A stretch of DNA of 64,000 nt from Eledone cirrhosa. Lineage: Eukaryota. The translations under genes were made by a program, and so were the position numbers. Under the pieces are notes generated by a model. The model saw only the letters and a list, made by a program, of their open reading frames with translations, was not told the DNA's origin and did not search any database. Positions 11,322 through 24,779 of this stretch are shown piece after piece. Positions within the stretch are counted from its first letter, which is position 1. Every line of letters begins with the position of its first letter. The stretch covers positions 27,590,001 through 27,654,000 of the forward strand of contig OZ024755.1 of assembly GCA_964016885.1 (NCBI GenBank), given 5' to 3'.

Positions 11322-14300
11322 CTGAAAAAAACAAAACAAAAAAAAAACATTTTTAATGCGATAGTAAAAAAACAAAACAAAACATCGACAGTTGATTGAC
11401 TTTCGTCAAATCGGACCAAGAAAACAATGTTTCCATTGGTCTTTCCAATTGCTAATACTACCTATCAGTTGCAAATCCAGGTAGATGGAGCAATGCGAAA
11501 TAAAGTGTCTTGCTCAAGGACATAGCACATCACCCAGTCAGGGAATCAAACTCACAATCTCACGATTGAGAATCCAATTCTCTAACCACTCAAATATAAG
11601 CTAAGGAATATATGACTAAAAAATGGGTGGTAAAATGAGGGTGGTGGTCAGTTTATATAACAGCTCCGATACTATGAGCCATGTGGTTAGAATGTCTCAG
11701 GAAAGAATCGCTGGACAGATTTTAAAGGCAAAACCAACTGGCAGGAGACCAAGCAAGATGGTTGGATCACATCCATGAGCTTGGCTGGTCACGCTTGGGG
11801 ATCCAGCCGGATCAGTTGCTTCTGACAGGACCTGTTGGAGGGAGTGTTTGAGGACTCTGCCCCCACGACCCTCCCAGGAATAAATGGGCGAAGAAAAGAA
11901 GAAGAAACACATAACATACATACTCAGATACAAGCTGAGGAATATGTGACCCCAAAAGCGATGGTAAACTGGGTGAGAGGTGGGGGGAAGAGATCAGCTT
12001 ATATATGCCATTTAAACAATGTGTTGATTAGCTGCCTTGGCTTATAAATGAGGTTTGGATTTATGTCCATTTCTCAAACATAAAAAATGTGCGCGTTGGG
12101 GGTCCAGCTTATATACTGATTAGTTTATATTCGAGTATGTATGGTATATATCATCATCATCATCACCATTTATTTTCCATGCTTGTATGGATTAGACAAG
12201 CTGTCAAGTTAGAACAGGTCAGGTAACCATGTTTCACTCATAAGCTCTGTTTTTTTTTTTAATCTTGGTTTTCTAAGGTTGGACGCCAATCTTAATGGCA
12301 ATCAATTTATAGTGTGTACTGGAAGCTTTTTTTGAGGCATTAGCATTACCACCTTACAGGAGGTGGGGAGGGCTGGGTGCTTTTTGTTGTGGCCCCAGTA
12401 CGACCACGTTACAGGATATATACCTCTATATATATACACATATTTCTCATTCTTTTTTCTAATGAAGGACTAGCATCCAAAACGTTAAGACTCTGTTCCT
12501 GCTATTTCAAGCGTTAACCTGATATATTCCTTCCTTATAATGTACCGATTGTGTTGTTTACTTCTTACACATATATATATATCATCGTCATCATCACTGT
12601 TGAATGTCATTTTAACATCTACTTTCCCAGCTAGCAAGGGTTGGATGGGTCTACATAGACCAAGAAGAAACACATCTGTAGCAAGAGGACTGCAGGGAGT
12701 AGTAATTCATGAGACCAATCCAACACATGCAAGAGTGGAAAAACAGATATAAAACGATGATGAGTCTATTTCACATTAAATTATAAACACAACCAACATT
12801 TTATTTGTCATGAAATTTATAAATTTTTTTTTTTGTGTAAGTTATAGTTTGTCTATGTTGAATAGAGATTGGCTGTATACTTAATTCCAAGTAACTTGCT
12901 GAGAAAGCAGAATTTAGACAAAAATAAAAAGAAGGATAAGCTTAGTAATCATTGATAAAAGAAAATTTGAACTTTTTATCTTCAGAAGTTTCTGACATAC
13001 CAGAAAAGAGACAATTGAGATAAATAGAAAAACGAAAAAAAAAATGCAATACTAATCAAAAATAGATATAATCATCATTACCATTTAATGTCCATTTTTT
13101 CCACACTAGCATGGGTTAGACGAGTTGACCCATTGTGAGACAAGCCAGATGACCATGTGCTCATACAAAACTGATTTTGGCTTGGTTTCTCAGCTAGATG
13201 CCCTTCTTAATGCCACCCATGTTTACAGTGTGTACTGGGTGCTTTTTGTCGTGACACCTACATGATCACCTTACAGTGTGTACTGGGTGCTCTTTGTTGT
13301 GACACCTACATGACTACTTTGTAGTGTGGACTGGGTATTTTTTGTTGTGACACCTACATGACCACTTTACAGTGTTGGCTGGGTGTTTTTTGTCGTGACA
13401 TCTACATGACCACTCTACAGTGTGGACTGGGTGCTTTTTGCCATATATAAATTATAATTTTAAAATGTCACCACAATTACCAACAGCACCATCATAAGTA
13501 TTTCAATATTAGTTAACAGGACACATAAATCTCAGAAATTACATAGCTCAATCAAACAGCAATGGTCCCACTACAAGCTACTGTATGAGATGATCTGTAT
13601 TTATTAATCAGGTATTTATGAATATGATAAAAACTTTTCTAAGCCTGTTCTTGTGGTATTAGAGCTAAAATATAACTGAAATATATCATAAAGCATGGCT
13701 TGGACATTGTACTGCAGGAGTGAGCCCCTTGAGTTGGAGTGCTATTTCAACATATCTTCCTCGGTATCCTCTGGGGCGATGATTTATTTATTCTGTCTGC
13801 TAGGCCATGAAACAGCCTTCACTTGGTGTCCTGCTTGCCAGAGAGCCCCCTACCATCCAGGTCCATATCATTGGGTCAGCAATTAAATATGTCTGGATGA
13901 TGCTAAAGTTAAACATTAAAGGGATCTTCCTGTGCCTGTCAATCACTTTGTGAAACTCCAAGATAAGGTTAAGGGTGATACACTAAGTTGCTGTAATAAT
14001 GAACAGAACAGGTCCTGGGATAAACTTATTATACAATACTATTAGACAAGAAATTTGTTATTTACTTCAAGTAACCTATTAAGTAATTAAATACCATCTC
14101 AAATTTATAACTGAATGGTTGGTTGTCATTAAAAATATCATTTAACTGTAAAACATCTATTCCAAAACATCTTTTAATACAAGAACATTTATACCATACT
14201 GGCATAGTGCAAGAATTGATGAAAAATTGGTATGGAAAAGTTGAACTTCCTCTAAATACATACACACCCGAAACCATAATGAAAACATGACCCTTTCTCA

Positions 14301-16323
14301 ATTTCACTGAGAATTCCTTCATTAGTAATTGTTCCACTAATACCAGTAGTGTTAATGAACAAACAGGTTTAATTATATACAAAACAGTAGCATCTAATTG
14401 TAAAACAATTACCGATTCTTTTTCTTTAATCTTATGGACACATGAAAAACATATTGAACTCTTTCATTGCTGTATTTCTAATGAAACACATTGCCTATAA
14501 TTTTCAAATCATTTTGAAAATAAACAAAAATTTAGAAGGATGTAGTAAAATAACTAACTTTCTGATTAGAAAGCTGGTGTTTGGAGCATAACTTAAAGGT
14601 TCTTGTGTACAACTGGGACAAGTTGAATATAAACACTTTAAAATAATCAGTTTTGTATCATAGAACAGGCAGTTTCAGGCAATATGGTATCAAAAGGGTT
14701 AATCCTCATCATTACCCTTACCATTCCCACCACCAATAACATTAAACACAGCTAACATCAGACCATATCATATGTGTAAAGTCATATACACATTCTGAAA
14801 CAAGATTTTCAATACATGTAGAAAAAAGTGAATAATGGTGTAATATTTATTTACGAGGTCGACTGAAAAGTTCATGTCACTTGTAATTTATTATATATTT
14901 GTATAAATTTACAGTAGAATAACATTGCCTACAGTCAGTATACACCTCATAACCCAATACACCCCCACCCACACCTCATACTCCATCCTTCCCCTTCCAT
15001 CCACTGTAAAGTGGTTGTGTAGGTGACACAACAAAAAGCATCCAGTCGACACTGTAAAGTGGTCATGTATGTGTCATGACAAAAAGCGCCCAATCCATGC
15101 TGTAAAGTGGTCATGTCGGAGACACGGTAAAAAGGCTCCCAGTCCACACTGTAAATCAGAAACAGTTCTGTACGAGCAAGACACGGTCACCCAACCAATC
15201 TTGCCTCAAGTGAGACAAACCTGTCCAACTCATGCTAGCGTGGAAGATGGACGTCAGATGAAGATGATGACATAAAAAACATTATAAATTGTTCGCAATT
15301 CGTTCAGAATAACTAGTAGACAAATCACACAGAGTTTTAGTTTCTTACATAACATAAGGTCACAAATTAGAAAGCAAGGGGCATAGTCAATTGAATCAAC
15401 ATCAGTACAGGCCTGGTACTTATTCTATTGAACTTCAGGGTAATAAAAAGCAAAATTGAACTCAGCAGGATCTTGCATTGCATGTAATGAAATGAAATAC
15501 TTAAATTATTTATGGGTTCTAGTATTCTATTGTCTGTTATTTCATTACTCCAACCTCTTCTAGCTATACAAATATTTTTTATTTTTCAACTATCAAAGAA
15601 GGAAATCAACACCACAGTTCCCTTGAGTTGTATTCATTGTCCATTGTAAAAATGAAGTGAGAAAGGTTTACAATAATTTAGTTAGACTTAATATATTCAT
15701 GGTATTTTGCTAGCTTAACAATGTTATCACTGTGAGAAAGTGTGAAATTATTTACATATTTATCAAGCTTTGTCTGCAGTTGTGTGTCAAAATAGTTAAA
15801 TAGACTCCAAAGTCATTAATCAAAACTATCAACAATGAGTATCCAGTTAGAATTCTCTCACCTCTTTCTGTTCAAACCAGCCATAACTAGTGCTGCTCAT
15901 ACTTATGTTAAGGTATTGTTCTCAAAATAAATAATATCAAAATCTTGTAGATTCGATATTATGTAAGATAAAGCCTTTGCCACAAAAATACAATAAGTGG
16001 AGAGGGGAGACTGGTATGCATGAGTGACTGCTGGTCTTTCACAAACAACCTTGCCTGGTTTTGTGCCTCCGAAGGAAACTTTCTAGGTGCAAATCCCATG
16101 GTCATTCGTGACTGAGGGGGGGTCTTTACCCTTACTCCTTGTAAATGTGTGGCCTTGTCCTTTTATGGAAAAGAAGTAATATTCAAGTATTTTCCTTATT
16201 TAACCCGTTTAAAAAAATTTTTTTTTAACCATAATTCTAATGAAATACACTCGTTTCAATTAATTAATGAAGAATTTTGAGGGATTTACTAAAATTATTA
16301 GTTTTTTCATTACTAAGATAGTA

Positions 16324-16500
16324 AGGGCTGTGGATTGGCAGTATAGGTAGAGCGCCAGACACCATGCTTTGCAACATAGAGTTATAGCCCTTTACGTTCT
16401 GAGTTCAAATCTCGCCGAGGTTAGCTTTGCCTTTCATCCTTACGAGATCGATAAAATAAAGCACCAGTAATACACTGGGGTAATTGCTGGCCTTGCTGGT
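16324..16500 (+). mobile_element. SINE family A copy
   Basis: ggattggcagtataggtagagc...gagttcaaatctcgccgaggttagctttgcctttcatcc...taaaataaagcaccagt. Confidence 0.85.
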
Positions 16501-16651
16501 TTTGTTTCATAGACCCAGAACATTATTTTGGACAGTTTAGTATCAAAAGGGTCGAACTAATCAAATATATATAGAAAAAAAGGAAAGGAAAAAAATAGAA
16601 TCTGAGAGAATTAGTGATTTCCTGTAGAACAACAACAACAAAAAACAATGA

Positions 16652-16840
16652 AATAATTGTTTCTACTTTTGGCACAAGGCCAGCAATTATCCCAGTGTAT
16701 TACTGGTACTTTATTTTATCGACCCCCGTAAGGACAAAAAGCAAAGTTAACCTCGGCGGGATTTGAACTCAGACCGTAAAGGGACGTAACTATGCTGAAA
16801 AGCATGGTGTCCGACCCTCTACCGATACTGCCAATCCACC
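16652..16840 (-). mobile_element. SINE family A copy, inverted relative to 16324-16500
   Basis: Reverse complement of the same consensus. Confidence 0.85.
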
Positions 16841-17351
16841 GAACACAATGAAATTCAATTCTCTATAGAAAGATACTGCCTGAAATATAAGAACATACTT
16901 TTCTTTATTGTATGAATTTTAGTTTAAAAATATCATTTTTATCTACACAGTTTTTACTCAAGTATATAATCATTTCGGAGGACAAGATCAAATATGTATA
17001 TTTTTTCTTTCTTTTTTATTTTTAATCAAGCTATTAGTTTACAGTTCTGAATGATAAGCTTCATAACAGTACTAAAGTGAACCCTGAAACATACTTGCTC
17101 TGATACAAACATGAAACATCTAACGAAGTTCAGAGCTTTGTTAAATGTGATTGTGCTTTTTTTATATACTAGAATTTTTTTCTATATGCGTCAGCATATG
17201 CCTGTGCATGTGTGTATGTGCATATGCATACATTTATCACCTTGATCACCTTGACTGACCAGTCTGTCGGGCACCATTCGGCACTGCTGGTCATAGCACG
17301 TGCTGTTTTAGCCATATGATGATGCCATCCCACTGGCTTGGGGGCAGGCCG

Positions 17352-17640
17352 TAAGTCTAAAGTCTGTCTTAAGCCAGAAGGCTCATTTGGCCGGTGCTTA
17401 TCCCGGTTTCATGGCGTGAAGCGACTGAGAGTACAAGACTCCCCTCTGGATCAGATGCCAGTCCATCGCAGGGTTAAACCTCCAGCTATTGCTGGTACTC
17501 ATTTTCAGCTGAGTAAACTGGAGCAACGTGAAAAAAAGTGTCTTGCTCAAGGAAACAACACATCGCCCGGTCCGAGAATTGAACTCACAACCTTTTGATT
17601 GCAAGCCTACTGCTCTAACCACTAAGCCATGTGCCTTCAA
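17352..17640 (-). mobile_element. tRNA-derived SINE family B (CORE-like), near full length
   Basis: A box TGGCTTAGTGG, B box GAGTTCAATTC, CORE-like tgttgtttccttgagcaagacactt, a 3' stem-loop and an (agactt) tail. Other copies at 34961-35245(-), 43062-43207(-), 61046-61190(+), about 11440-11590(-). Confidence 0.85.
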
Positions 17641-18011
17641 TTATATGTATGAGTATATAAATATAAATGCACAAACACAGATACACTTACAAAACCTTCC
17701 TTCCTTTTACACACACATACATTCATGCTGGCAGCAGACGTAAAGAGATAGGAGTAGTATGAGTTAGCGAAACTACTACTCTCTCTTTATGTGTACACAC
17801 ACATACATTCATGCAGGCAGCAGATGTAAAGAGAGAGAGGAGTAGTATGAGGTAGTCAATCTACTCCTCTCTCTTTACGTGTTGTGACAGAATCACAGAA
17901 ATTTATATAGAGATAAAGTTTTTTTTTTATAGTTTATTAATCTTTTGGAGGCTTCAAGTATATATTATGTATTAGCATACATTTCTTGGCTGTTTAAATA
18001 TCACAAACAAG

Positions 18012-18170
18012 GATACCATGCTTTGCAGCATAGAGTTATACCCCTTACGTTCTGAGTTCAAATCCCACCGAGGTTAGCTTTGCCTTTAATCCTTACGTGG
18101 TCTATAAAATAAAGTACCAGTAATGCATTGGAGTAATTGCTGGCCTTGTGCCAAAAGTAGAAACAATTAT
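18012..18170 (+). mobile_element. SINE family A copy. Others at about 23025-23176(-), 26160-26290(+), 32235-32350(-), 36346-36536(-), 38581-38717(-), 44806-44955(+)
   Basis: Same body and the tail ggccttgtgccaaaagtagaaacaattat. Confidence 0.8.
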
Positions 18171-18959
18171 CAATAGTAGTTCATTGGTGAATCATCATTG
18201 CTGCCACCACCGCTATCATCATCATCATCATCAGCATTATTTTACATCAACTTTTCCATGCTTGCATATGTTGGTATGTCTTTTCCAGCACAGCATCCCT
18301 TCATTTTTTGCATTCCTTTGTCATCTCCTCAATGAGCTTCAGTGATTTGAGTTCAGCTCTCACCACTTCCACCCATGTTTTTCTTGGTCTTCATCTACTT
18401 TCTACTGAGATTTCCTCTCACATCTTAGCCCAACAATCATCATTCATATACATCACATGACCATACCAGCACAGTCTTTTCTCTTGCACACTACATCTGA
18501 TTCTTCTAATACCCCTGTTTATTTCTCAGCTCAGTTCATCCATGCTTTGACTTTCATGCACTGAAACATGCTCACTTCATTTCTCTCTGGCCTTCACATA
18601 TCCTCTGCATTTACTACACATGTCTCACAACCATGCAACACTGCATATCGCATGCAGGCAATCCATCATACAGCTGGTCTTTCATTCAAAGAAAAATCTA
18701 GTGAACAAAGGAATAAATAGCAAATCAATTAAAAGTGGAAACAACTATGTGCGAGACTCCCTGAAATGTCTCTAAATGGTCACATAAACGTTCTTCCTTT
18801 TAAATGCAGGAAACAGATACCACTTGCAATCTGAGAACTTACTTCTTGTCAGAAAATACCCAATATTAAGTTACCCAACAAACATGAGAAACCCATTTTT
18901 TTTCTGGTAGGGTCCAAAACTTTGGAGATTCCATCATTTACATCAACAGGTTAAGAGAT

Positions 18960-20030
18960 TAGAGAGATGATGGAAGAGAGGAGAGTAGATGAGTGTTATA
19001 TACAAAAGTCAAGATGGTGTGAGTCCTGTGACAGACTTCTCACAGGCAACAAAGATACAAATTCTTCTGAGTAGGTAGTATCAATGGTGTGGGTGAAGTA
19101 GGCATAGTGTTAGCAGAGAACTAAATAGATAAAGAAATTAAACTTGGGCTAGTCATGGGCAACATGATGACTTTTATCTCTGCATACACACCTTAATCAG
19201 GTTTGTCAGATAAGAGAAGGACTGCTTTTATGAGTCTTTCTGGCAAACTACCTTGATAATGAAAAATAGCAACCTCATTATAGAAGCTGGTGATATTAAC
19301 AAACATGTTGCATAACATCATGATGGCTCTCTGATGTATATGGAAGCTATAAATATGGTATAAGGAATAAAGTAGAATCAAGACCCCTGGAGTTCTGTGA
19401 TACAAATAACCTAACCATCTGCATTAATCAGGTAAACACATAAGCCAGAAAGACTTTACCCTCACCAGGAAATAAGATAAACAGTTGTGAAAGTCTTTCC
19501 CTGATTAGTGACTTCTAAGTAAGATCTAGGCAGACTCAGCAACACAATCTGGAGAAGGATGGTAAGAAATCTGAAAAGAGTTCTCAAACAGTTGTTAGTC
19601 CAGAGAAGTCTAAGCTGGTGCTTAGAGATGTAGACTTATAACAGAGAACAATTGAGAATTTCTACAAGATGAACAACTCAGAGCTACAAACAATATCTGG
19701 AACCATAATGTGCCAGCCAGATGGAAGATGACAAGGTGCTCAAAATAGTACCATATAAGCTAAAAACAGGTATAGAAAGACTGGAAGAGAGCAGGCAGCA
19801 GAAAACTATTTCAAATAGCTAGAAAAGAAGCTCTGCATCAGGGGAGAAGCAGAAGAGCACGTACAAGAAAACGAAGCTATTACAGAGGCATAAAATTGAT
19901 GGTCTTGGTTATGAAAGTTACTGAGATATGGTACAATTAATTAGGAAGAGAATTCAATGAGATTTGATGCAGTTTGATTTTGTACAAGGAAGAGGTAACA
20001 CCAATGTCCTCTTCCAAGTGAGACAACCTC
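18960..20030 (+). mobile_element. Degenerate RTE LINE APE-endonuclease to early-RT fragment
   Basis: LIIEAGDINKHV (GDFN motif), RPLEFCDTNNLTIC, and MQFDFVQGRGNTNVLFQVRQ at the end. Confidence 0.65.
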
Positions 20031-21326
20031 TATTGTTAGCCATCACATTCTCTCCCATTACTCCTTCCTTTATCATTTACTAGTTGTAGCTTCAGTTTTC
20101 CTTAGGACATACAGAAACACATACACACAGTTTTTCTATATATGTTGATAGATTAGAACTTAAAATCCTAGGTTTCCAATCAAAACTCTTAGTGTAGTGA
20201 CAACTCCCTCTACCTATCTATCTTTCACACACACACTCTTTCTCTCTCTCTTTTTCACTGTATTGCTCTTTCAATAACAACCACCACCTGTCATTATAGT
20301 GAAAGTCCTTTTTTGAAATCTGTGTTGTCTATATGTTGGATATACAGAAACATATACACACTAAAACAACTAAAAAAAAACAAAACAAAAATATAAACTC
20401 AACTCTCTCCCTCACTGTATTTCTCTCTCAATAACAACCTGTCATTAAAGTGAAAGTTTTTTAAAATCTGTGTTATGTTGTTTATATGTTGAAGAACATA
20501 CAACAAAAACTCTGTATTCTTTTAGTTTCTTCACACATGTTTTAGTTAGTTAGAGAGAGGGGAAAGTGGGATGATTGAGGTGGAGTATTCCCTCTATATA
20601 GAAAGCATGATAGACAGACTGACAGACATGACTCTTATAGTATAGATTACTGACATCTATCATCTCTCTCTCTCTCTCTCACCCATTTTTATTGCCATCC
20701 ATCCACTGTTTCCTATAATGCTACTCATGTTATTCTATTCAATCTCCTTACCAACAATTAACATGTAGCTGTCTATCACTGTAACTCTTCTATTACTTCC
20801 TCTTCTATCACCCTCTTGCTCTTTGGTTATGCCACCTTCAACGAGCGGTGACAATTTAAGATAGAGTAGGGCCTTTAGTCTTGCTGGGGACAAGGCAACT
20901 TCTCTAATGCTTGTACCATGATTAAATGCACACAGTATTCTTTGTAAATTGCTTGGCATCAGAAGAACATTTAGCTGTAGAAATCCTACCAAAAATGATC
21001 TGTCTGGGAGGATAATAACTTCAAATAAAAACTGGCTCAGATTGTGATATCCAATTCATGCCAGCATGGAAAAGTAGACATAAAAATAATGATGATGTTG
21101 TTTCAAAACATTATTTCTATACTTACTGTCAACTAAGTTGACAAAGGAAGGAAGAATTGTACAAAATTAGTTTGAACACATTCTTTCAGTTTATATTCCA
21201 ATTAGTGTTGTCTTTATTCAGTCAGAACATGTTTGTAGTTATTGGTTTAATTGTACTTTCTAATGTCTCATGATGAGAGCTAAGCTTTCAAATGTAAGCC
21301 GTAGTTTCTTCAATAACATGACTTAC

Positions 21327-21474
21327 CTGTAGATAAGGAATCACAGCCATGGTCAAGTAATTCTCCAAGAGGAGTGGTTGTTGATGTGCGCCGTGCCTGT
21401 TTACCATCAATAGCATCAAGGGACTGGTATACAAAAACTCCTAGTGCATTTATAAGGTACACCCAGGATGGGAC
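21327..21474 (-). CDS. CEPT1: CEPT1/CHPT1-like exon 2 (148 nt) with the CDP-alcohol phosphotransferase motif
   Basis: Acceptor tttcatag|, donor |gtaagt. Encodes [49 protein letters not shown], matching DG(x2)AR(x8)G(x3)D(x3)D. Confidence 0.97.
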
Positions 21475-23863
21475 CTATGAAAATGTAAAGAATATTTTAA
21501 TATACCAGTTAGAAAGGAATAAAATAAACATTACAAAGAATAATTTCTCAAGACATTTCTTTTTCTTTCAACCCCCAAAAAAGGGTAATGTCCATAGCCC
21601 ATAAAAAAATATTTGGATCAGAGGAGCAAGTTTTGAGTAGAGTGGTTAATATGGAGTTCAAATGTTGGAGCTTTGGTGTGGAAGTTCACATATGTCTGGT
21701 GTAAAGCTTAGAGAAACAAAGAAAGGCAGTTAGAAATAAGTGAACAAATGGATGCTGCAGATAGTTTGTGATGATACTGAGGCCCAACAAGCAATTTTGT
21801 AAGAATGAAATTCATTGTAATGATGAGAGAGTATGAAAAATGAGAACACTGTATATTTGTTAAATGACTCTCCTCTGAGATGTCAAAGATATCTGTGAGC
21901 AAAGAATGCGCGCCATCTTGAGTATGAGAATATATTCCATCCTCGTCAATTTTTAGCTTTAGTCAGCTCTGATTGAACACATCTATGATTAAAGGTTTAT
22001 CCAGCTGTAACCACTCAATCTTTTATTCATTCATAAAGTATTTAACACAACATCATCCAATGTGTATATTTACAAAATATTGTCAGATATGCTTAATGGC
22101 AGATCACTGTGCAGATGGCAACTACACTGGGGACGACCGACAAGGGTTCTGTATGACATGTGGATGGTAGCCCCAATAGGAGGAAAGAAAACTACCTAGT
22201 TATAGGTCAGCTGGTATGACAATAAAATGCATTCAGTAGTGTGGTACCATATGTAAGTGAGATGCAAGCCCGCAGTCCATCTGAGAGGTCAGTAGCCCTG
22301 CTTGAATACTGGCTCAGTCTATGAAGACTCATCCAACTCTTGATAGTAAGGAAAACGGCCGTTAAACGTCTAAATTGGTGCTTATAATAATCTAATATCT
22401 ATAAAATTACATTTCTAAAAGTACTTCGCTCTAAGGATCCCTATCAATTTTAACACATCAAGTTATCAATAATTCTATTTATCTGTCATTTATGACTCAA
22501 ATTCAAGTGTTTTGGAAATCCCACACTTGCTTTTTCCTTATATTATCAGCCATATTTTAATTGTGTGTAAGTCCCAAAATATTGAACCAGTAACATACAG
22601 TCTTTTCATATTGTTTCTGGACCACTGTTAGTGAATAGATCACACTACAACCATTGTTGTGTAAACGAAGACCAATCATTATAGTGAAGTGGTTGACATA
22701 TTTGTATTTCTCTATACAAGCAACTAAGTTATTGCTTCATCCGTTTGGGGAGTAAAGGATGAAAGCATAGTAAATGACTTTATATTGTTTATAATATTTT
22801 GTATCTGTGCCATATTTATAAACAGCCTGTTTCTGTATCTTGCATATCTCTAGCATGGAGTGATGGAAAAATAAAGAGCCATTAACTAATTACAATATTC
22901 AAGTAATTGCCTTCATTACAAATATGGAAGATAGGAAGAGAGAGAAGGCATAGGAAAACATTATTACAAAGTCTTATCAGAGAGTTTTCCACCAAAAAGT
23001 CTCACTTGAAACATTATATTTTCAGTGTGTGACTGGTACTTTATTTTATCAACCCCATAAGGATGAAAGGCAAAGTTAACCTCGGTGGGATTTGAACTTA
23101 GATCATAAAGGGCCATAGCTCTATGTTGCAAAGCATGACGTCCAACCCTCTACCGATACTGCCAATCCCCCGCCCTTCTCTTTGTAATAATGCCAGCTAT
23201 TAGTGGTGGTGTTGTAGGGTAACAGTATACGCAAGAGTCACCAAAAATAAACAAACTGAAAATAAACACTAAAACTTACAAAATAAGTGTATATTTTTAA
23301 TTATATTTTGCCATTTTTTCTTTCGACAGTATTTCTTTGTTGCATTAAACAATCAAGTAGTAAATAATTTGATGGACAGTTATTAAACCAGGTTTGTGAC
23401 TAATGTTAAGTGCCTTGTTGCATAAGAATGGTAAAGCTTGAGAAGTTTTCAAGAAATATGAAGCCATTTTATTTGTACAACCTATATTTAAAAATGTGCT
23501 ATTTTTATAGTCTTCTAACAAAACAAAATGAAATTAAAAAGTAAATGGGAGAGGCCAAATAGAGAATAATTTCTAAAGCAAGGAAATAACAATATAAATA
23601 GTTGGTTGTTTAAGTAAACATAATTATAGAAATAAAAAAAAGTAAAAAAAATTATTATCAGACGAATCTTTGTCTCAAATAAGGATGTTTATTAGAAATT
23701 ACACAGTAACCTCTTTTTCTATCACCACTCATCAACTCAACAACTCTTATATAGAGAAAGGGTATAGTGGATAATGTAATTCACTATTTCATAGTAAATA
23801 TAATAGGTCTGCTTAATTAAAGCCTGTCTGGACTTAATCAACAACAATAAATCAGAGATAGCT

Positions 23864-24779
23864 TTAACCCTTTAGCATTTAAGCCACCCATGTCCGACCA
23901 GAACTCTCTCACCTCTTTCTGTTCAAACCGGCTGTAACTGGCTGCTCATACTTACATTAAGGTATTGCTCTTAAAACAAATAACATCAAAATCTCATAGA
24001 TTCGATATTATGTGAGATAAAGCCTTTACTGTGAAAATACAATAGTAAATATAGAGTAATGTAAATGCTAAAGGGTCAATCTTTAAATCATAAATAATCT
24101 AGTTTAATGTTTGATTAATCAGAATTAGATAATAATGTGAACAAACATTTGAATGTACAGAAAAATAGGATGACACATATTTATTTTTATAATTTAAAAC
24201 ACTCTTCTTTATATTTTTTGTGTTATCATTGTTTAGGAAATTTAGGTTGTGTATGAAGTGCTGGAGCAAGTCTTAGAATTTAAAATCTATTAACCTTTTA
24301 GCATTTAAACTGGCTGTATCCAGCCAGAATTCTCCCACTTCTTTCTGTTCAAACTGGCTGTAATCAGCCGCTCATAGTGATGTTAAGGTATTGTTCTCAA
24401 AATAAATAATATCAAAATTTCATAGATTTAATATTATGTAAGATAATTATGTGAGGTAAAGCCTTTACCACAAAAATACAATAGTATATATAGAGTAGTG
24501 TGAATGCTAAAAGGTTAAATCAAGAAATAGGTATTTTTCCTTATTTCAACTGGATGAATTAACCCTTTAGCATTTAAACCGGCCAGATCCAGCCAGAATT
24601 CTCTTACTTCTTTCTGTTCAAACTGGCTGTAACTGGCCACTCATACTGATGTTAAGGTATTGTTCTCAAAATAAATAATATCAAAATCTCATTGATTTGA
24701 TATTATATGAGGTAAAGCCTTTTTACGTGAAAATATAATAGTATATATATATAGCGTAATGTAAATACTAAAGTGTTAA
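23864..24779 (+). mobile_element. Three same-orientation TTAA MITEs (23864-24079, 24290-24518, 24559-24779)
   Basis: Each has CCCTTTAGCATT-type termini and the shared internal sequence. Partial copies at about 10659-10860, 15840-15995, 43472-43630, 50757-50828 and 56677-57160. Confidence 0.85.

Noticed and set aside
17560-17640. tRNA gene
   Set aside because: The A and B boxes belong to a SINE head that continues into the SINE body and recurs in the window.
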